Source: Hydrurus foetidus
Lineage: Eukaryota
Direction of reading: 5' to 3'
Assembly: GCA_900617105.1 (NCBI GenBank)
Contig: UYFQ01000001.1
Coordinates: 4,898,001-4,962,000 of the forward strand
DNA: 64,000 nucleotides
A program made the position numbers and the translations under genes. This document shows positions 1 to 8,888 of this stretch, in pieces (position 1 is the first letter of the stretch; every line of letters begins with the position of its first letter). A model generated the notes under the pieces. That model made no database searches. It saw only the letters and a list, made by a program, of their open reading frames with translations, and had not been told where the DNA came from.

Positions 1-875
1 CTCAGGGGCGATGTAGACATCTTAAAAAAAGCATCAGCATTCTTCGCCCGGGAACTAAAGTGAGCTGCCAACTCGTTGAAGACTTGCAAAAGAACGCTTG
101 CCCCAGCGTCGCTGTCAGTCAGGCGTGCCGTGTCCTTGGAGTCAGCCGCTCAGGCTACTACGCACACGTGGCAACGCACAAACAACGCCTGGCCGAGCCG
201 TTGCTGTGTGCCGCAAGCGTCCACCTCAAAGCGGCCTTTGCAGCTGGCCAAAAAGCCTATGGCAGCCGCGGACTGCGAGCCGCGATGGCCGAGCGCGGTT
301 TGGCTATGGGCAGACACCGCATACGCACCTTGATGCGGATCAATGGCTTGCAGCCTGTTTGGCGACGCAAGTTTGTTCATACGACTGATAGCAAACATGC
401 GATGGCTATCTCGCCCAATGTGCTGAATCGGCAGTTCGCGCAAGATCGTCGGCTGGGCGATGGCCCCCAGCATGCCTGCTGGTTTGGTGTGCACAGCGTT
501 GCAAATGGCCATCGTTCAAAGAAACCCGGCACCGGGGCTGATCGTTCATTCAGACCGGGGCACGCAGTATGCCAGCGCTGAGCATCAAGCTTTGCTTGCC
601 CAACATGGCTTGGTGGGCAGCATGAGCCGCAAGGGCAATTGCTGGGACAACGCGGTGATGGAGCGCTTCTTCTTGAATCTGAAAATGGAGCGGGTTTGGC
701 ACAAGGACTATGCCAACCACACAGAGGCTGCAAACGATATTGCTGACTACATTGTTGGCTTTTACAACTCCGTCAGGCTGCACTCAAAGCTGGGCAACAT
801 GTCACCCAACGCTTTCGAGCGTGAATCGACATCTAAAAAATCTATCGAACTGTCCGAAATTACTTGACCACTACA
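1..875 (+). mobile_element. IS3-family insertion sequence, right part (left end outside window), internally deleted
   Basis: End of orfA (..DILKKASAFFARELK*, stop 61-63), A7 slippery run at 24-30 leading by -1 shift into the orfB frame, rve-type motifs HSDRGTQY and GNCWDNAVMERFF, right end ..TTGACCACTACA ending in CA at 875. Confidence 0.9.
60..867 (+). pseudogene. IS3 transposase OrfB, frameshifted by an internal deletion at ~436-441
   Basis: Frame of 60 reads YGSRGLR..VLNRQFA; RKIVGWAMAP..HSDRG continues in another frame; the WxxDxTY segment with the first catalytic Asp is missing. Confidence 0.85.
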
Positions 876-1085
876 GTTTGAGAAGAATAAAAATCCGTCA
901 TCTCGCAGCTCTAGCAGGACCCGGCTTACCGTCTGTGAGGGTGTTTGTCCAACACTAGAAGTATCCGCAGTGATTTTTGATAATTCTTGTTTTAGAAATT
1001 GGTCACGCTCAATTCGAATAGTGAAATTTTTAATCGCGTATCTCTCCAAACCAGCTTTAACTGCTTGCTGCCAAGTCAATCGCAT
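876..1085 (-). pseudogene. 5' fragment (~70 codons) of a gene interrupted by the IS3; winged-helix-like N-terminus of a possible nuclease
   Basis: ORF 1085->876 (MRLTWQQAV..TPSQTVSRVLLELRDDGFLFFS) runs directly into the IS end; the LRDxGxLxF pattern resembles HTH domains of Dam-replacing/HNH proteins. Confidence 0.55.
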
Positions 1086-1234
1086 ACACGCTTCTTTTTT
1101 TTACGCCCAAACTGAAATCTGCAGCTATCGTGCGTCGCTAAAAACGGCTGGACTCAATCTAGAAATTGCAGAATACGTCCTGCCCGTAAGTCGTCTGTGT
1201 TCGAACGAGCGTTCAAGTTGTCATTTAACAATCA

Positions 1235-1252
1235 CTACTCCCACTCAATTGT
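1235..1252 (-). repeat. Distal att site: displaced copy of the guaA 3' end
   Basis: Minus strand ACAATTGAGTGGGAGTAG = T-I-E-W-E-stop; shares TCCCACTCAAT (1239-1249) with the guaA end (54033-54043). Confidence 0.9.
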
Positions 1253-1265
1253 TTCCAATGCCTGC

Positions 1266-1329
1266 AAACCCGCATGAATACAGGCTTTCTCTGTATGGGA
1301 CATCTAATTTACCGTCATATTTACCGTCA
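1266..1329. promoter_or_regulatory. Putative integrase arm-type sites and accessory motif inside the distal end
   Basis: TTTACCGTCA at 1308-1317 and 1320-1329; AAACCCGCATGAATACAGGCTTTCTCT at 1266-1292; both motifs recur at 53759-53933. Confidence 0.7.
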
Positions 1330-1714
1330 AAAAACAAACGCTTTGACTGGCGCGGGAGATGCACTCGGTTTGTGCGGCGACTACTCTTCCACATCAATCA
1401 TCAACTATCGAGGGGGTCTGGAACCCCATCGGAGTCATTGCATCCTACGTTTTTCCACTCAAGGACAAGTATAAAGCAACGATTTCTCATTACCAAACGC
1501 TATACATCGAGCGTATTCCAACCCATGAAACCCAAGGTCAAACGCATGCCTGCGCCAACAACTCTCTTCTTGGCGCGGCCCATGGCGACTTTCACGATTG
1601 AATTTTTACTGTTACATTTTACGCTGAATTCGTCTCCCAGGGGGAAACAAGCTTGCCGCTAGATATCGTTAGTGTTATATTTACTGCGCATTACGTTTCC
1701 TTTAGGGGCGCAAA

Positions 1715-2551
1715 TTGAGCGTAAAATATCACTTGCAAACAAAGACGCTAGGCCCACGGGCAGCGCAGCTCTTCACTGAGCTGAATGAACTGCACCGGTC
1801 TACGTTCACGCTGGCGGATGTCGGCTCGATCACCGGCTTGACGGCTGCTGCTGCCCGCAATCTCGTGCACAAGGCTCAGCAGCGAGGCTTGGTGACGCGA
1901 CTGAAGCCCGGTTTGTACAACCTCGTCCCCTTCGAACTCGGCCGGGCCACTGAGCACATCGACAGCCCGTACCTGATCGCGCGTGAACTCGCCGGTGCCG
2001 CGCCCTACTTCCTGTCGCACGGCACCGCGCTTGAACTGCACCGCATGGTGACGCAGCCGAACTTCACCGTGTATGTGTCATGTACGCGGCGCGTGCGTCC
2101 GCAGACGGTCGGTGGCTATGACTTCCGGTTTGTCCACATCACTGCGGAACAAGAATTCGGAGTCATGAAGCACTGGATCGACAAAGAGCGCTTCGTGATG
2201 ATCAGCGACATGGAGCGCACGATCATCGACGGGCTTCGACACCCGGCATTTGTCGGTGGCATTACCGAAGTCGCCAAGGGCTTATGGATGAAGCGGGACG
2301 TACTGAAAGTCGAACGGCTGGTGGACTACGCACAACGCCTCGGCGTCGGCGCCATCGTGCGCCGCCTCGGCTACCTGCTGGAACACTATGGCCTCGCCGA
2401 TGCGTCGGCGATGGAACAATTGCTCGGCATGCTGACGGCAACGTACCAGCGCCTTGATCCACTACTCCCCCCCGAAGGGGCATTCCTCTCACGTTGGCGG
2501 CTCCAGCTCAACGTGACTCCTGAAGAACTCGATACCGTAAGGCTTGGCTAA
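1715..2551 (+). CDS. abiEi: Type IV toxin-antitoxin antitoxin, AbiEi family
   Basis: N-terminal wHTH (LVTRLKPGLY), YFLSHGTALELH, SDMERTIID, RRLGYLLE; stop overlaps the start of abiEii; TTG start uncertain. Confidence 0.88.
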   Translation: MSVKYHLQTKTLGPRAAQLFTELNELHRSTFTLADVGSITGLTAAAARNLVHKAQQRGLVTRLKPGLYNLVPFELGRATEHIDSPYLIARELAGAAPYFLSHGTALELHRMVTQPNFTVYVSCTRRVRPQTVGGYDFRFVHITAEQEFGVMKHWIDKERFVMISDMERTIIDGLRHPAFVGGITEVAKGLWMKRDVLKVERLVDYAQRLGVGAIVRRLGYLLEHYGLADASAMEQLLGMLTATYQRLDPLLPPEGAFLSRWRLQLNVTPEELDTVRLG

Positions 2552-3393
2552 TGATTCCACAACGCAATATCTCCCTGATCTCGAACACGCTGATGAGCGC
2601 CGGCGGGCGGCGCATTCCCGAGGCCGTTATCGAACGCGATTACGTGCTGGCTTGGTTCCTGACCGGTCTGGCCGGTCATCCGCTGCGCGAGGTACTGGCA
2701 TTCAAAGGTGGCACGGCCCTGCGACGTTGCTGGTTTGAGGACTATCGGTTTTCGGAAGACTTGGACTTCACGCTGACCCGTCCGATCACCCTCGAAGATA
2801 TTCTGGCAGGGTTAGCCGAAATCTTTGCGGCGGTTGAGGCCGCGTGCGGCTTGCGGATCGCATTCGACCGCGAAGACCGCCACAGCCACCAGAACAGCCA
2901 CACGTTTTATCTGCGCTACCAGGGGCCACTGCCCGCTGCAAACGACGTGAAGGTTGATATCACGATCACCGAAGTCCTGTGCTTCCCGCTGCAAGATCGC
3001 CCGATTCATCGCATCTACGATAGCTTTGACGATTTACCCGAAGGGCCAACCTTGAAGGTCTATGCCATCAAGGAAATCGTGGTTGAAAAGCTGCTGGCAT
3101 TGAGCGACCGGGCGCGCAATGAACCGCGCGACTTATACGACCTCTGGTATCTATTCGGTTCTACGGACTTGCGCGTAGCGGAAATACGCGTCGAACTCGA
3201 TGCCAAGTTGGCGCTGCGGCAGCGCGTCGTCGCAGGCATGGAGCAGGCAATCGCCGCCAAGGAAGATCGTCTGCGGCGACTCTGGACTGCCCGCCTCGCG
3301 CACCAGATGAACCAACTGCCGCCGTTCGATGATGTCTTTCGGGAAGTGCTGCGCGCGGTTCGCGCTGCCGACTTGCCGAAGGCGGGTGGGTGA
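2551..3393 (+). CDS. abiEii: Nucleotidyltransferase toxin, AbiEii/DUF1814 family
   Basis: ERDYVL, FKGGTALRR, RFSEDLDF, EKLLAL, RDLYDL motifs. Confidence 0.93.
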   Translation: MIPQRNISLISNTLMSAGGRRIPEAVIERDYVLAWFLTGLAGHPLREVLAFKGGTALRRCWFEDYRFSEDLDFTLTRPITLEDILAGLAEIFAAVEAACGLRIAFDREDRHSHQNSHTFYLRYQGPLPAANDVKVDITITEVLCFPLQDRPIHRIYDSFDDLPEGPTLKVYAIKEIVVEKLLALSDRARNEPRDLYDLWYLFGSTDLRVAEIRVELDAKLALRQRVVAGMEQAIAAKEDRLRRLWTARLAHQMNQLPPFDDVFREVLRAVRAADLPKAGG

Positions 3394-3581
3394 TCAGTTA
3401 GCGCTCTACATGCGGCAACAAAATCTGTATGTTGTCAGCAGGTACACGATATGTGCGTTGGTTCGCGCTTATCGCAGATTCTCAATAACTTTCTCAACAT
3501 GCGGAAAGGCGCACCGTTCAGCAACGAGCCTGCGCCAGTCGGCGCGGTGCATGCAGAGTTTGGCGAGCCTGTACGAACGGA

Positions 3582-4376
3582 TCAATCACTTTTTGCTGCC
3601 GGCTTTGAGGCACGCTTCCGTGGAGCCGCAGAAGGCAGGGACGACAGGCATTCGAACAAGCGCTCTGCATACACAAACCCCATGCGGCGCACGGCTTCCT
3701 TGTCGAAATAGAAGGCCCATGCGACAAACAACGCGAGAGAAATGAGGAGCGTCAAACCGGCAGCAAGACCGGGGTCCACGAGGTTGACTGGTGCAAAGTG
3801 TGGCGGAATGACTTGCAAGGCCTTCGCGATCAGTAGCCCGTAGACGACGCCGAAGATACATGCGAGCATCCCGACCGGCTTCATCGCAAGCATGTTGCGA
3901 TGAAAACCATAGGCGATGTTCTCCTTGAGCAAGAGCTGTTTGTCGCCACGCGTGAGTTCGCGAATCCGCCTGGTAGCTCCAATATAAATATCGTCAGCCT
4001 TGGCCGGGTCTGCAATCTCCTCCTGCGCAGTCGGCATGACGATGCCCAACTTGGCCACAATAACAGCGTGATAACGCTGCTTGCTGATACTGTCCAGGAA
4101 CGTATCGCGGTGGCGCAACGCAATGGTGGTCGGCATTCCACCCCATTCTTTCACCAACGTTTCTTCCAACTTTTTGCCTCGGCCACGCGCCACGCTGGCC
4201 AACGCATAGATGGCACCACACCCCCCAAGCAAACCAATAACGCCAGTGAGTACGGGATGCTTCGCGCCGTAGACGCACAATAGTGGCACAAGCAACGGCA
4301 GCGCGACCAGCAGACCAGGAATCACCCGTGCTTTTCGTTCGTACGGGTCCTTGATGAGTTCGAGAATGGCTGTCAT
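3582..4376 (-). CDS. Uncharacterised membrane protein, about 4 TM helices, downstream of the WYL gene
   Basis: Two hydrophobic hairpins flanking a soluble domain (WGGMPTT..LR, ENIAYGFHRN); starts 6 nt after the WYL stop. Confidence 0.8.
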   Translation of the reverse strand: MTAILELIKDPYERKARVIPGLLVALPLLVPLLCVYGAKHPVLTGVIGLLGGCGAIYALASVARGRGKKLEETLVKEWGGMPTTIALRHRDTFLDSISKQRYHAVIVAKLGIVMPTAQEEIADPAKADDIYIGATRRIRELTRGDKQLLLKENIAYGFHRNMLAMKPVGMLACIFGVVYGLLIAKALQVIPPHFAPVNLVDPGLAAGLTLLISLALFVAWAFYFDKEAVRRMGFVYAERLFECLSSLPSAAPRKRASKPAAKSD

Positions 4377-4382
4377 GGTGGA

Positions 4383-5285
4383 TTAGGTTTGGGCCGTCAA
4401 AGCATCGATGTATGGCTGAATTTCGGCGCGGTTTTTCAGAGTGATCTGCTGTGCAAGAGGGTCTGGAGCCTCGTTGGTGTGTAGGCCGAGGCGCCTCAGC
4501 GTGTAGTACAGAAAAGCCTGGCGACACTGAAGTAGTACCTGCCCCTCTTCCATGCCGTAGTCCAATTCCAGGACCCGCTTCTTAGCAGGCGGCAAATCTG
4601 GATGCGGCGCAAGTACCAGTGTCAGCACCGTCTGCCAGTGCGAGTCCATACTTGGATCTGCATCACTTAACTCAAATCCCGCTATATTGAGGATGCGAGC
4701 GAGCACAAAATCGCTGAAGCGCTGACGCTTGTGACAGTAGGCCCGCACATGCCAACGAAAGCCGTCATTGCCTAGTGCATGCGGCGATAGCAGGCGTTCG
4801 GACTCATCCAAGGAAGTCATCGACTGGTAACTGACGCGGACGGCCAGCTTTTCCCGTATCGCTTTGACCAGCGACTCTACCGTCTGCTCGTTGATCGTGC
4901 GCCATGGCGACGGTGCCCAGTCAATCTCGGGCGGCGATCCGATGAAGCTGGTAGCTGACTCCATGATGCCCGTCTTCGTCGCAAGTAACTCCGACAAATA
5001 GCGCCGCGCCGCGCTACTCTGGTAGAGCGCACGGAAGTCTTGTGTTGCGACATAGGTTTTCGAGCTTTTATCATAGACCAAGTTTGTCGGCGCCAGCTCG
5101 GTGTACTTGGCTATGTCGAGAGAGGCTTGTGGAATCGACAGACCAAAATATTCAGTCAGATCCATTCGGTTAATGCGCCTCTCCCAGCGCAGACGAAAGT
5201 CGATGAACTGGAGCCGACGTTCTAAGCCCCAGGTCGTTCCTTTGGGAACAATGAGGTCAAGGTCGGAAGTGGGTTTCTCTTGCAT
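4383..5285 (-). CDS. WYL-domain transcriptional regulator, CapW/BrxR-like
   Basis: wHTH RLQFIDFRLRWERRINRMDL..QASLDIAKY; WYL domain YQSMTS..LSPHAL..RWHVRAYC..FSDFVLARI; start taken at ATG 5285 because the longer ORF overlaps the divergent gene. Confidence 0.9.
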   Translation of the reverse strand: MQEKPTSDLDLIVPKGTTWGLERRLQFIDFRLRWERRINRMDLTEYFGLSIPQASLDIAKYTELAPTNLVYDKSSKTYVATQDFRALYQSSAARRYLSELLATKTGIMESATSFIGSPPEIDWAPSPWRTINEQTVESLVKAIREKLAVRVSYQSMTSLDESERLLSPHALGNDGFRWHVRAYCHKRQRFSDFVLARILNIAGFELSDADPSMDSHWQTVLTLVLAPHPDLPPAKKRVLELDYGMEEGQVLLQCRQAFLYYTLRRLGLHTNEAPDPLAQQITLKNRAEIQPYIDALTAQT

Positions 5286-5325
5286 GAGTTTATGGATATA
5301 AAAAGTAGACTGATCTAAAAAATAA

Positions 5326-5344
5326 GCGTATATTAAATATACGC
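5326..5344. promoter_or_regulatory. Perfect palindrome in the divergent promoter; putative WYL-regulator operator
   Basis: GCGTATATT-A-AATATACGC, directly followed by -10-like GATAAT (5345-5350), in a 91-bp AT-rich gap. Confidence 0.75.
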
Positions 5345-5376
5345 GATAATTCTTTGGCCGTCCACCGGAAATACTT

Positions 5377-6570
5377 ATGCCTACCACCCTTACCTTCTTC
5401 CCTGTCGATAACGGCGACATGACCCTCATCAAATTCGGTGACACCGATGCCACCACATTGCTGATCGATGTAAACATTCGACAGGACGCTGATGATCCTG
5501 ACGGCGAGGCGCGCGATGTAGCCAAGGACCTGCGAGATCGCCTGAAAAAAGATACGAATGGCCGTCCCTATGTGGACGCTTTCCTATTGAGCCATCCGGA
5601 CCAAGACCACTGTCGAGGTCTGACGCAGCACTTTCATCTTGGGCCACTCGGCGAGTACCCAGATGACAACAAGGACTACAAGGACAAAAAGATCGTGATT
5701 CGTGAGGTCTGGTCTTCACCCATTGTCTTTCGCCGCGCGAGCAAAACGCACACGTTGGGTGCCGACGCTACCGCGTTTAGTTCGGAGGCCCGGCGGCGCG
5801 TCAAGATGAACCGTGACAAGAGCTTCGCGGTGGGCGATGGCGACCGTATTCTGATCATGGGCGAAGACATCGACGGCAAGACCGATGACCTGAGCCCTAT
5901 CTTGAAGAAAGTGGATGAAAGTTTTTCAACGATCAACGGTAAGCAGTCCGCATTCTTCTCGGCCTACCTCTTGGCCCCGCTGGATGCGCAAGACGATGAA
6001 GAAGAGGAAGAGTGTCTCGTCAAAAATCAATCTAGCGTGATTATGAATATCACACTTGCCGCCGATGCGCAGACCCCCGACGGCGCGAAATTCCTGACAG
6101 GCGGCGATGCCGAAGTATTCATTTGGAATCGCCAGTGGGCACGCCACAAGGACGAACCAGAGGTGCTTGAGTACGATCTCATGCAGGCGCCGCACCATTG
6201 CTCCTGGCATTCGCTTTCCTATGACAGTTGGTCCAAACTTGGCGAGAAAGTTCAGATCGACGCGGATGCTCGAAGTGCGCTATCGCAAACCCGAAATGGA
6301 GCGATCGTGGTGGCAAGTTGCAAACCGATTGCCGACGACGATAGCGATCCGCCGTGTACACGTGCGAAGCGCGAGTATGTGGCGATCGTGAACGACGCGA
6401 AAGGCGCGTTTTACTGCACGGGCGAATACCCTAACGCCAAGGCGGTGGAGCCGCTCGTTTTCACCGTGACCTCCCAGGGTGTTCAGCCTCCTTCCAAAAA
6501 AGAAACCGGGTCGAAGGCTGCCGCTGTAATCACTTCGGCGCGCACGCCAATGCCGCACGGAACGCGATGA
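5377..6570 (+). CDS. Metallo-beta-lactamase-fold hydrolase (ComEC-like nuclease fold) with C-terminal PHG-TR tail
   Basis: FFPVDNGD, LSHPDQDHCRG, NQSSVI, GGDAE, APHHCSW motifs; ATGA overlap with the next gene. Confidence 0.88.
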   Translation: MPTTLTFFPVDNGDMTLIKFGDTDATTLLIDVNIRQDADDPDGEARDVAKDLRDRLKKDTNGRPYVDAFLLSHPDQDHCRGLTQHFHLGPLGEYPDDNKDYKDKKIVIREVWSSPIVFRRASKTHTLGADATAFSSEARRRVKMNRDKSFAVGDGDRILIMGEDIDGKTDDLSPILKKVDESFSTINGKQSAFFSAYLLAPLDAQDDEEEEECLVKNQSSVIMNITLAADAQTPDGAKFLTGGDAEVFIWNRQWARHKDEPEVLEYDLMQAPHHCSWHSLSYDSWSKLGEKVQIDADARSALSQTRNGAIVVASCKPIADDDSDPPCTRAKREYVAIVNDAKGAFYCTGEYPNAKAVEPLVFTVTSQGVQPPSKKETGSKAAAVITSARTPMPHGTR

Positions 6571-8822
6571 CAGGTGCCGTTGCCGACGCTATCCATCAAC
6601 TAAATCGGCACCGGGGACTCGCCCGAGTCAGTGAGCCGTGCTCGTCGGGCACGGCCACGGTGATCGAAGTTGACGTAGAAGTCGAATTGCCGAGCAGATG
6701 CCGCCAGGACGGCGTATCCGCCACGGGCGTTCGTTCCATCGAGACCTGTTCGCTATTTTTCGACAATGACTGGCCCCTCTCGGCACCGCGCGTCTTCCTG
6801 CGCAAGGATTTTCCGCTCAACCTGCCGCACATCAACCCTCATCGGGCTGGGCAGCTTGTTTCGCCGTGCCTGTTTGAGGGATCACTGGACGAGTTGCTGC
6901 ATCGGTTTGGTCTGGACGCCATCGTCGATCAATTGATCAATTGGCTGCACCAGGCAGCGGCTGGTACGCTGATCGATCTGGAGCAGGGATGGGAGCCTAC
7001 GCGCCGCGACAGTTGCCCATCAAACGTTGTATTCAGCGCGGAACGTGTCGTAGCCTCAGCGCCTACCGACGGCTCCATCTTGTTAGTCAACGCGGGCTAC
7101 ATAACAATGGACGGTGGCTTGTACGCGATCCTCAACACCGAGCTAACCGCACAGATCGATCCCGTCTTCGATCAAGTGGTCCATGATGATCAGTTGGGAA
7201 AATGGGGTCGCGGTCACGCGTCAGCTTTCATTTGTCGTGCACCAGTAGTGCGGGGCCAGCCTCACATAGTCGGACACTATCAACCGGAGACAGTCGTTGA
7301 TATCAACACGCTTCTTGAGCGGACGGCCGAACTGGGTATCAACCGGACCTCACTGGCGCAGGGTCTGGATAGCTATTACAGCCGTTCCATTTTGGATATG
7401 CAGCAAGATCCACGGACATGGACACATGGCTTGTATGCGATCGTGGTCCTTGTTGTGCAGCGACCAGTGTCGCTTGTCGGCTCACCCGGCAGGAGCACCG
7501 AGGTGCTGCCATATGTTGTTCGCTATGAATACTCCGCACAAACGCCCTTCGAACATAAGGCGACGGTACATCCTGCTTTTCACGCGCATGCGCTTTCGCC
7601 CCAGCTATTGGCCCGAACATCCGGCCTGGCATCCGCCGACACTTCGAAGCCGCTGGTGATACTCGGCTGCGGAAGCCTCGGTTCGAAGATCGCGTTACAC
7701 CTCGGACGTGCTGGGTTCGGCGCGATGACGTTTGTCGACAACGAATCTATGTCACCTCACAACGCGGCACGACACGCACTTGTCGAGCCTATTTCGGTCC
7801 TAGCGCCCCCATGCAAGGTGACACTGATGAAGACAGCGTTTGAGGCCTTGTCGCATGTCCAGATACGCGCCTTCGATGTGGATGCGGTTGCTGTCTTTGC
7901 CGATCCTGTTCAGTTCAGCAGAGCAGTTCCCCAGGATGGCGCGCTGATCGTAGATGCGACGGCATCGCTCAAGGTACTTGCATCAGAAACGTTATCGGTT
8001 GCAATGAACGAATCCGCCGCGCGCTTGGCGCGCGTGGCGCTGTATGGCCAGGGACGCTGTGCCGTGGTTCTGCTGGAGGGATGTAGCCGCTCAGGCCGTG
8101 TCGATGACCTGACCGCCTTCCTGTTCGAACACTGCCGACACGAGATTGCGCTTCGGGCGGGCGTAGCTGGGGACGGTTCCGACCCCACACGCGTTTTTGT
8201 CGGGGACAACTGCCGTTCGCTGACGGCGCCAATGTCCGACGCCACCGTTTCGCGCGCGGCAGCGATGGTGGGCCTGCAACTGGAACGTTGGCTGGTGGAC
8301 GGCCTTCCGGTGGAGGCCAGGCTTTGTGTCGGTGTCGCCGACGCTTCGGGCGTTGGAATGTCTTGGATCAGTACGGCACTCGGTCCCACTACCGTGCTGG
8401 ACGTGGTGGACGACGGAGGCTGGAAGATTCGTGTATTGCATCCAGTGGTTCAGGCCATCCACGCTGATGCCATCCACTGGAGTCCGAAGGAAACCGGAGG
8501 CGCCTTACTTGGTCGAATCTCTCACGAGAATCGCACCATCACCATTGCTGGCATTGTCAACGCGCCGCCGGACAGCATCAGGGAGCCTGCGCGTTTCGTT
8601 CTCGGCACAGTTGGTTTGGTCCAGGGTTTGCGCGAGGCGCATGGAAACTCTGTTGGCTATCTCGCCTTCATCGGAACCTGGCACAGCCACCCACAAGGCG
8701 GGCCTCATTCGGGCATCGACCGCGAGACGTTGCGCAACATCGCAGAGAACGCCGGCGGCCTGCCGGCGGTATCGCTGGTATGGACGCCCACGGGATTCAC
8801 CTGCGCCGTAGACCGGTGGTAA
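6567..8822 (+). CDS. E2-E1(ThiF)-JAB fusion protein (Cap2/Cap3-like ubiquitin-transferase and isopeptidase)
   Basis: E2: P..APRV.LR.DFP..LPHINP..PCLF; E1: LGCGSLGS, D..M.PHNAARH, DATAS, GDNCRSLT.PM; JAB: ETGGALLG, GTWHSHP, S..D. Confidence 0.9.
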   Translation: MTGAVADAIHQLNRHRGLARVSEPCSSGTATVIEVDVEVELPSRCRQDGVSATGVRSIETCSLFFDNDWPLSAPRVFLRKDFPLNLPHINPHRAGQLVSPCLFEGSLDELLHRFGLDAIVDQLINWLHQAAAGTLIDLEQGWEPTRRDSCPSNVVFSAERVVASAPTDGSILLVNAGYITMDGGLYAILNTELTAQIDPVFDQVVHDDQLGKWGRGHASAFICRAPVVRGQPHIVGHYQPETVVDINTLLERTAELGINRTSLAQGLDSYYSRSILDMQQDPRTWTHGLYAIVVLVVQRPVSLVGSPGRSTEVLPYVVRYEYSAQTPFEHKATVHPAFHAHALSPQLLARTSGLASADTSKPLVILGCGSLGSKIALHLGRAGFGAMTFVDNESMSPHNAARHALVEPISVLAPPCKVTLMKTAFEALSHVQIRAFDVDAVAVFADPVQFSRAVPQDGALIVDATASLKVLASETLSVAMNESAARLARVALYGQGRCAVVLLEGCSRSGRVDDLTAFLFEHCRHEIALRAGVAGDGSDPTRVFVGDNCRSLTAPMSDATVSRAAAMVGLQLERWLVDGLPVEARLCVGVADASGVGMSWISTALGPTTVLDVVDDGGWKIRVLHPVVQAIHADAIHWSPKETGGALLGRISHENRTITIAGIVNAPPDSIREPARFVLGTVGLVQGLREAHGNSVGYLAFIGTWHSHPQGGPHSGIDRETLRNIAENAGGLPAVSLVWTPTGFTCAVDRW

Positions 8823-8888
8823 CGAAGAGCGGGATAGCCAACACTTCGCCGCACCTGCTCAAAAACCAAGTTTAAAGAAGGAGGAGCT

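Noticed and set aside
970..1662. 230-aa plus-strand ORF and other ORFs over 970-1662
   Set aside because: Spans the att site and arm repeats, overlaps the interrupted minus-strand gene and has no recognisable motif
2551..3393. Nucleotidyltransferase as the CD-NTase of a CBASS using the E2-E1-JAB protein
   Set aside because: Motifs (KGGTAL, RFSEDLDF) are AbiEii-type and it is coupled to AbiEi; no cGAS/DncV-like gene is present
5286..5525. 80-residue N-terminal extension of the WYL ORF in the ORF track
   Set aside because: Overlaps the divergent MBL gene and the promoter palindrome; ATG 5285 gives a typical ~300-aa protein
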